Origin: an uncultured Myxococcales bacterium
GTDB taxonomy: Bacteria > Myxococcota_A > Polyangia > Palsa-1104 > JAEUJZ01
DNA length: 64,000 nucleotides
Direction: 5' to 3'
Assembly (NCBI GenBank): GCA_964537055.1
Contig: CAZHYV010000003.1
Location: forward strand, 25,445 to 89,444
Shown piece by piece: positions 58,691 through 64,000 of this stretch. The notes beneath the pieces were generated by a model. The model saw only the letters and a program-made list of their open reading frames with translations. It was not told the DNA's origin and ran no database searches. The translations under genes were made by a program, and so were the position numbers. Every line of letters begins with the position of its first letter. Position 1 is the stretch's first letter.

Positions 58691-61120
58691 ATGGCTGCCT
58701 TGAAATCCCGCAATTCGATCAAATCCAAATCAAGACGCAGATCAAAACGTCCCCTTCTTGTCAGAATCTTAGGATGGAGCATGGGGATCGCCTTTTTGGG
58801 AGGGATTTCAGTCGTTCTCGGTCTGGCTGGTTTGTTCTATTATTATATTTCTGATCCGGCACTTCCAAAAATCGACCGAGTCGAAGATTATCGTTCCACC
58901 GCAAAGGTAACGACCCGAATTCTTGATAGAAATGGCCAGCTTATTGGAGAGCTATTCGAAGAGCGGAGAACGGTCGTTCCTTTTAAAGAAATTCCTCCGT
59001 CTCTTCTGCATGCAATTGTGGATGCTGAGGATGCACAATTCTTTGTGCATAAAGGTTTGAATTATTGGGGAATTTTGCGGGCCATCTTAAACAACCTTCG
59101 ACCTGGGGCCCATTGGCAGGGAGCCTCTAGCCTGACCCAGCAACTCGTCAAAAATTATATTTTGCGAAATAGCGAGAAAACGCTAAGGCGAAAATTCCAG
59201 GAAATGTATTTGGCCATTCGGCTCGAGCAAAAATTGCAAAAAAATGACATCCTCTGGATTTACTTAAATCAAATCTCCTTTGGTCACCAACGGTTTGGGG
59301 TGGAAGAAGCGGCGCAGTACTACTTTGGAAAGCCGGTACGTGAACTCAACCTTGCTGAATCGGCGGTGATTGCCAGCCTTCCGAAGGCGCCCGAAGATTT
59401 TTCCAGGCGCCTCGAACGGCTACAGGATCGGAAGCGCTATGTGCTTTCACAAATGGTTCGATACGGACACGCATCCGAAAAAGAGGCCAAACAAGCGGCA
59501 GAGATGCCGATTGAGTTTGTGAAAGAGAATGATCCCTCTTCTCTGGCACCCGAGTTTATCGATGAGGTCGAGGCGCAGCTATTAAAAAGGTACAGCCGCG
59601 CAGAGATACCCTATTTAGGGATGACGATCCGAACAACCTGTGATCTCAATCTACAAAAAGTAGCTCGCGACGCCTTAGAGCACGGGCTTCAAAAGATGGA
59701 CGAGCGAAATCATTACCGAGAGAAAATCCGTCATCTTGAAGGAAGAGCGCTTACCAGCTTCTTAAAGAATCTGACGGAAGAATATCCCGAGGGTCCTAAG
59801 CTAAATCGGGTGCTCGAAGGGGTGATCAAGCAGTTGCTCGATGGCGATGGAGAATCTGGTGCAGGCGCGGTGATTGATTTTGGAAAAACCACAGGGTGGC
59901 TTCCTCTCCCTAAGACCAAAAGTCGATATAATCCTAAGATGCTCCTACCTAGCCAGAGGTTTGCCCTAGGCGACGTAGTTCGAGTTCGGGTGATTGATGA
60001 GGGGAAAGAAGGCCTTATTTTAGCGCTCGAGCAAGGGCCCCAAGGGGCCGTGGTGGTGATTGATCCGCAGACGAGGCATGTGCTTGCCATGGTAGGGGGC
60101 TATGAGTACCGCCGAAAGCAGTACAACCGAGCGATTCGTGCCCTGCGTCAGCCTGGCTCAGCGTTTAAGCCAGTCTTGTATGCAGCCGCCTTTCAGAGCA
60201 AGGAGTATACGCCAGCCAGCTTGCTTGATGATTCGCCACAAATCTTCGAGCGTCCCAATGCACCTCCTTGGATCCCTCGAAACGCCGAAGAAGGAGAGTA
60301 CCTAGGGCCTGTGCGTTTGCGTGTGGCCTTAGCAAAATCTCTCAATACCATCGCTGCACAGCTGATTTACGCGCTAGGGCCCGAGACGGTCATCCGCATG
60401 GGACACCTTTTGGGCATTGAATCTAGATTGGAAAAGATCTCTTCCAGTGGAGAGGTAACCCCCGAAGACAATTTAACATTGGCTCTAGGGACTTCGGAGG
60501 TGAACTTATTAGAATTAACGAATACCTATTCTACCTTTGCTGCCTTAGGAAGAAAGGCTTCTCCTCTTTTTATCATCCAGGTGGGGGATGAACCTCCCGC
60601 TCGGGCAGAGATGGAGCAGGCTATTTCCCCAGAACTTGCATTTCAGATGAACTCCCTTTTGCAAAGCGTCGTAGAAGAAGGAACCGCACGTTCGATTAAA
60701 GATAAATTCAAGCGACCTGTCTCGGGAAAGACGGGGACGACCAATACAGTCAAGGATGCATGGTTTTTGGGGTATACTCCTGAAATTGTGACAGGGGTGT
60801 GGATCGGCTTTGATCAAGCCAGGCCCTTGGGCCGTAAGGAATCGGGTGCAAAGTCTGCGCTTCCCATTTGGGCAGAGGTCATGCAGACGGCTCTCCGGGG
60901 GAGACCCATCCAAATGTATGCTCCTCCGCCCGGTGTTATCACGGTCAAGATTGACCCTAAAACAGGCAAAGTGGCCCCTCCTGGAGGACCCTCCATAGAA
61001 GAGGTATTTTTATCGGGAACAGAGCCTGTAGAACAAGCTTCTCCCGTAGAGATATCTGGGGGAGATTCAGGGTCATTTACAGACTCCAAATATACAAAAC
61101 CTACTTTTGATTCAGAGTAG
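58691..61120 (+). CDS. mrcA: Class A penicillin-binding protein 1A
   Basis: Transglycosylase motifs (EDAQF, GASSLTQQ, RKFQE) and transpeptidase motifs (SAFK, SLN, KTG). Confidence 0.95.
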   Translation: MAALKSRNSIKSKSRRRSKRPLLVRILGWSMGIAFLGGISVVLGLAGLFYYYISDPALPKIDRVEDYRSTAKVTTRILDRNGQLIGELFEERRTVVPFKEIPPSLLHAIVDAEDAQFFVHKGLNYWGILRAILNNLRPGAHWQGASSLTQQLVKNYILRNSEKTLRRKFQEMYLAIRLEQKLQKNDILWIYLNQISFGHQRFGVEEAAQYYFGKPVRELNLAESAVIASLPKAPEDFSRRLERLQDRKRYVLSQMVRYGHASEKEAKQAAEMPIEFVKENDPSSLAPEFIDEVEAQLLKRYSRAEIPYLGMTIRTTCDLNLQKVARDALEHGLQKMDERNHYREKIRHLEGRALTSFLKNLTEEYPEGPKLNRVLEGVIKQLLDGDGESGAGAVIDFGKTTGWLPLPKTKSRYNPKMLLPSQRFALGDVVRVRVIDEGKEGLILALEQGPQGAVVVIDPQTRHVLAMVGGYEYRRKQYNRAIRALRQPGSAFKPVLYAAAFQSKEYTPASLLDDSPQIFERPNAPPWIPRNAEEGEYLGPVRLRVALAKSLNTIAAQLIYALGPETVIRMGHLLGIESRLEKISSSGEVTPEDNLTLALGTSEVNLLELTNTYSTFAALGRKASPLFIIQVGDEPPARAEMEQAISPELAFQMNSLLQSVVEEGTARSIKDKFKRPVSGKTGTTNTVKDAWFLGYTPEIVTGVWIGFDQARPLGRKESGAKSALPIWAEVMQTALRGRPIQMYAPPPGVITVKIDPKTGKVAPPGGPSIEEVFLSGTEPVEQASPVEISGGDSGSFTDSKYTKPTFDSE

Positions 61121-61172
61121 GGTAGTTTAGACGAGGTCCGCCCAGGTAAAAAGCAAGGCCTCTCTTAGAGAA

Positions 61173-62174
61173 TTACTCTTGGACTTGGTTAAGATCAACC
61201 CCGCCCCATTCGACCACCGTAAATCCTTTGCGGACAAAGGGAGAAAGCTTCTGGGGACGAACGGCGGTTGGTTTCTCAAGTCTTTGCATAACCATAAATA
61301 CGCGTAGCAAAGAATCAGGCTTAGGTTGAATTTGGAGAGGTGCTGTTTTGGTATATTCTTCCCCGATGAATTGCACCAAATTGTAAGAATTTCTCTCCAT
61401 TTTTGGATACCAGTAGACGATAAACTCGTTTGCTTCCTTGTCACTTAGGCCCATTTGCGCTAAAGTTTTTTGCAAAAACTGTTTACTCTCTCGCCCAGGC
61501 ACGACAAAACCATACGAAAGATCAAGCTTTATAGGTGGATCTGCAATTCCTTCCCAAAATAACGAGCTGTATTCTCGTCGGTCCTCTAGGTTGAGCAGGC
61601 TGCCATCTGGAGAAGCAATAACTCGCCATCCGTGGATTGCCGGATTATACGTCGGATAATGAGCAATGAGGGTCCCTTTATAATGAAGCTGGACCAAAAC
61701 TTCTTGCTGTTTTTCAGGATATAGGTAAATCACTGGTTTTTTAGAGACCAAAGGTCTTTGGGTAGGTTTAGGAGGCTCTGACTTCGAGGACCCGGGTTTA
61801 GGTGATACCGTAAATTCACAGCTTTTGACAACCCCATGGTATTTTTTTAGAGTAGATTCTACTTTCTTCATAAAGGCTTCCTTGCTTGATTCTTGCGTGC
61901 GAAAGGCAACACAGTACTCTTTACACACGGGTTGGAGCTCTTCCAACCTTTGAACTTGCTGCTCACGCAATGTGATAAGGGCTTGCTTTAGCTCTTTTTC
62001 AGAATAGAAGCCGATTGTACAATAATTTCCTTCTACGGGGAGCGGACTTTTTTCCGCCGGGGGTGGAATATATACTTGAGTTGCCATGGTAGGGTTAGGA
62101 GTTACTAGAGAAAAAAGGGCTGTAAATAGAATGGCTATCTGAAATAACAGAAATGATATGTTTGGTAGCTTCAT
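61173..62174 (-). CDS. Secreted conserved hypothetical protein with a KPVIYLYP-type C-terminal domain
   Basis: Signal peptide from Met at 62174; KKPVIYLYPE, LFWEG, EFIVYW, P(K)PDSLLRVF and VVEWGG motifs of a widespread uncharacterised family. Confidence 0.8.
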   Translation of the reverse strand: MKLPNISFLLFQIAILFTALFSLVTPNPTMATQVYIPPPAEKSPLPVEGNYCTIGFYSEKELKQALITLREQQVQRLEELQPVCKEYCVAFRTQESSKEAFMKKVESTLKKYHGVVKSCEFTVSPKPGSSKSEPPKPTQRPLVSKKPVIYLYPEKQQEVLVQLHYKGTLIAHYPTYNPAIHGWRVIASPDGSLLNLEDRREYSSLFWEGIADPPIKLDLSYGFVVPGRESKQFLQKTLAQMGLSDKEANEFIVYWYPKMERNSYNLVQFIGEEYTKTAPLQIQPKPDSLLRVFMVMQRLEKPTAVRPQKLSPFVRKGFTVVEWGGVDLNQVQE

Positions 62175-62370
62175 AGAAAGATCCTCCTTTTTGGATGCAG
62201 TACAATAACTGGACGCAGTATAACACGTTAGAATGCGGTGCAATGCAAGTTTCGCCTTCGATGTCTTAAGGACAAGGTATCCTAAGAACCATCCTTATCG
62301 ACGGTCATAGAAAACCGCTTGCTAAGCAACCCAATCTATGGTATCGAAGGATGAAATTAAAACCTGCGAG

Positions 62371-62399
62371 AAGTGGGTCGCAAGACTCACTTTTTTTTT
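62371..62399 (+). promoter_or_regulatory. rimP leader hairpin / attenuator-like terminator
   Basis: AAGTGGGTC-GCAA-GACTCACTT stem with a GNRA tetraloop followed by a T run, directly upstream of rimP-nusA. Matches the position and form of the known rimP leader. Confidence 0.75.
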
Positions 62400-62432
62400 A
62401 TACATACTAGGCTAAAGGGACCACTCCATCTC

Positions 62433-62933
62433 ATGAATACGGGACATCTTAAGAAGTTAGAAGAGCTTATCCAACCTGCCGTAGAAGGGCAGAGTTACGA
62501 GCTCGTCGATCTTCTGTGGAAACGAGAATATGGACGTTGGGTATTCCAAATTACAATTGATAGAAAAGCAGGCGAGGGTTTTATTTCTCACCAAGATTGC
62601 GCGAACGTATCCAGAGAAGTTTCAGTTTTGCTGGATCTTCACGGAGAGATGCTTCCAGATGATTATAGCCTCGAAGTGAGTTCCCCAGGCCCAAAACGAC
62701 CTTTAAAGAAGAGCGCAGATTTTCTGAGATTTGTAGGCCACACTGCCAAGATCCGGATGAAGGAATATGCAGCTAAGGTAGACACGGCTACGGCAAATCC
62801 ACGAAGAAATTTTACAGGGACTATCCAAGCAATCGAGAAAGATGTTGTCACGCTAAAGCTAGAAAATCAAACAGAGGTTAAACTGTCCTTGAATGAAATA
62901 GAGAAAGCCCATCTTTTGGAGCAGGACGAGTAG
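62433..62933 (+). CDS. rimP: Ribosome maturation factor RimP
   Basis: [11 protein letters not shown] and [14 protein letters not shown] motifs; lies upstream of nusA. Confidence 0.95.
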   Translation: MNTGHLKKLEELIQPAVEGQSYELVDLLWKREYGRWVFQITIDRKAGEGFISHQDCANVSREVSVLLDLHGEMLPDDYSLEVSSPGPKRPLKKSADFLRFVGHTAKIRMKEYAAKVDTATANPRRNFTGTIQAIEKDVVTLKLENQTEVKLSLNEIEKAHLLEQDE

Positions 62934-62956
62934 AATTGGCAGCAAAGGAAGAAACG

Positions 62957-64000
62957 ATGGAATCAAATCTTTCCGCAGTATTAGAACAAGTAGGAAAAGA
63001 CAAAGGGATCAATACAAAGGTTCTTTTGCAAGCGCTTGAACAGGCGATTTTGGCAGCTGCCAAAAAAGTTTTTGGAATGCACCGGATGATGGAGGCACAA
63101 TTTAACGAAAATACAGGTCAGGTCGATCTGTTTTTGGTGTGCATCGTTCAAGATCATGTAGAAGTGCCTGGGAGAGATATCTTAAAAGCAGACGCAGAAC
63201 GTCACGGACTGACTGCAGAGCTAGGAGATGAGCTTTTATTCCAAATTTTTTACTCAGACTCTGATAAGGAAAAGGCTCTTGACCAAGAGCGTCGTTATGG
63301 AAAATTAATCGATCTACAAGATACGATCAAGCGGTTTGGTCGTATTGCTGCACAGACGGCAAAACAGGTGATCATTCAGAAGTTGCGCGATGCTGAACGG
63401 GATAATATTTTTCAGGAATATAAAGATCGTAAAGGCGAATTAATCACAGGGATTGCACGACGTTTTGAACGAGGAAATATTATTGTTGATCTGGGGAAAA
63501 CAGAAGGCATCCTTCCTGTTCGAGAACAGGTGAATCAGGAAAATTTCCGTGTAGGCGATCGCATTCAGGCATACGTCCTTGAGATTGATCGAGAAGCACG
63601 AGGCCCTCAAATTATCCTCTCGCGAGCGAACAAGGGCCTTTTAGAGAAAATATTTGAGCAGGAAGTCGCTGAGATGCAAGAAGGAATCATTCGCATCGTG
63701 GCCTCTGCTCGAGAAGCAGGGTCAAGAAGCAAAATCGCTGTAGCTTCTCAGGACCGAGATGTAGACCCGGTAGGAGCCTGCGTAGGGATTGGGGGGTCTC
63801 GGGTCAAGGCCATTATTCAAGAGCTTCGCGGAGAAAAAATAGATATCATTCCCTATAGCGATGACCCTGCTCGATTTGTTTGTAACGCAATTGCCCCCGC
63901 TGAAGTAACAAGAGTCGTTATTGATGCTGAAAATCATACGATTGAACTTATTGTTCCGGATGATAAATTAAGCCTTGCGATCGGAAGAAGGGGACAAAAC
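62957..64000 (+). CDS. nusA: Transcription termination/antitermination factor NusA, partial
   Basis: Not in ORF track (runs off the window). [17 protein letters not shown]1 domain, [30 protein letters not shown] and [11 protein letters not shown]. Confidence 0.96.
   Translation, partial: MESNLSAVLEQVGKDKGINTKVLLQALEQAILAAAKKVFGMHRMMEAQFNENTGQVDLFLVCIVQDHVEVPGRDILKADAERHGLTAELGDELLFQIFYSDSDKEKALDQERRYGKLIDLQDTIKRFGRIAAQTAKQVIIQKLRDAERDNIFQEYKDRKGELITGIARRFERGNIIVDLGKTEGILPVREQVNQENFRVGDRIQAYVLEIDREARGPQIILSRANKGLLEKIFEQEVAEMQEGIIRIVASAREAGSRSKIAVASQDRDVDPVGACVGIGGSRVKAIIQELRGEKIDIIPYSDDPARFVCNAIAPAEVTRVVIDAENHTIELIVPDDKLSLAIGRRGQN

Overview
Bacterial chromosomal window, by eye mid-40s %GC. 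The gene set and gene order (truB-rpsO-pnp-dut, lolD-bamA, FHA-GGDEF proteins, myxobacterial-style OmpA and beta-propeller lipoproteins) suggest a Myxococcota/deltaproteobacterial lineage of unusually low GC; this placement is inference. Most of the window is housekeeping: truB, rpsO, pnp, dut, yacG, lolD, bamA, polA, nrdAB, ogt, tmk, glpK, murA, a PBP1A, rimP and a partial nusA. There are two tRNA genes (Gly-GCC, Asn-GTT). Three loci are missing from the ORF track: a partial M18 aminopeptidase (1-1037), a 58-aa small protein (45020-45196) and the partial nusA. The most interesting accessory signals are five. (i) A 42-bp att-like duplication of the tRNA-Gly 3' half brackets only a DUF433/DUF5615 toxin-antitoxin pair. 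(ii) A translationally coupled XRE-HTH / EamA exporter / ATP-grasp ligase operon has a palindrome directly upstream. (iii) Three tandem EgtD-fold methyltransferase paralogues follow an FHA-GGDEF cyclase, with no egtB in the window. (iv) A ClpX paralogue has no zinc finger and altered pore and ClpP-docking loops. (v) A lipoprotein carries eukaryote-style LRRs. No CRISPR array, rRNA, integrase or transposase was seen. Family assignments come from recalled motifs, not database searches.
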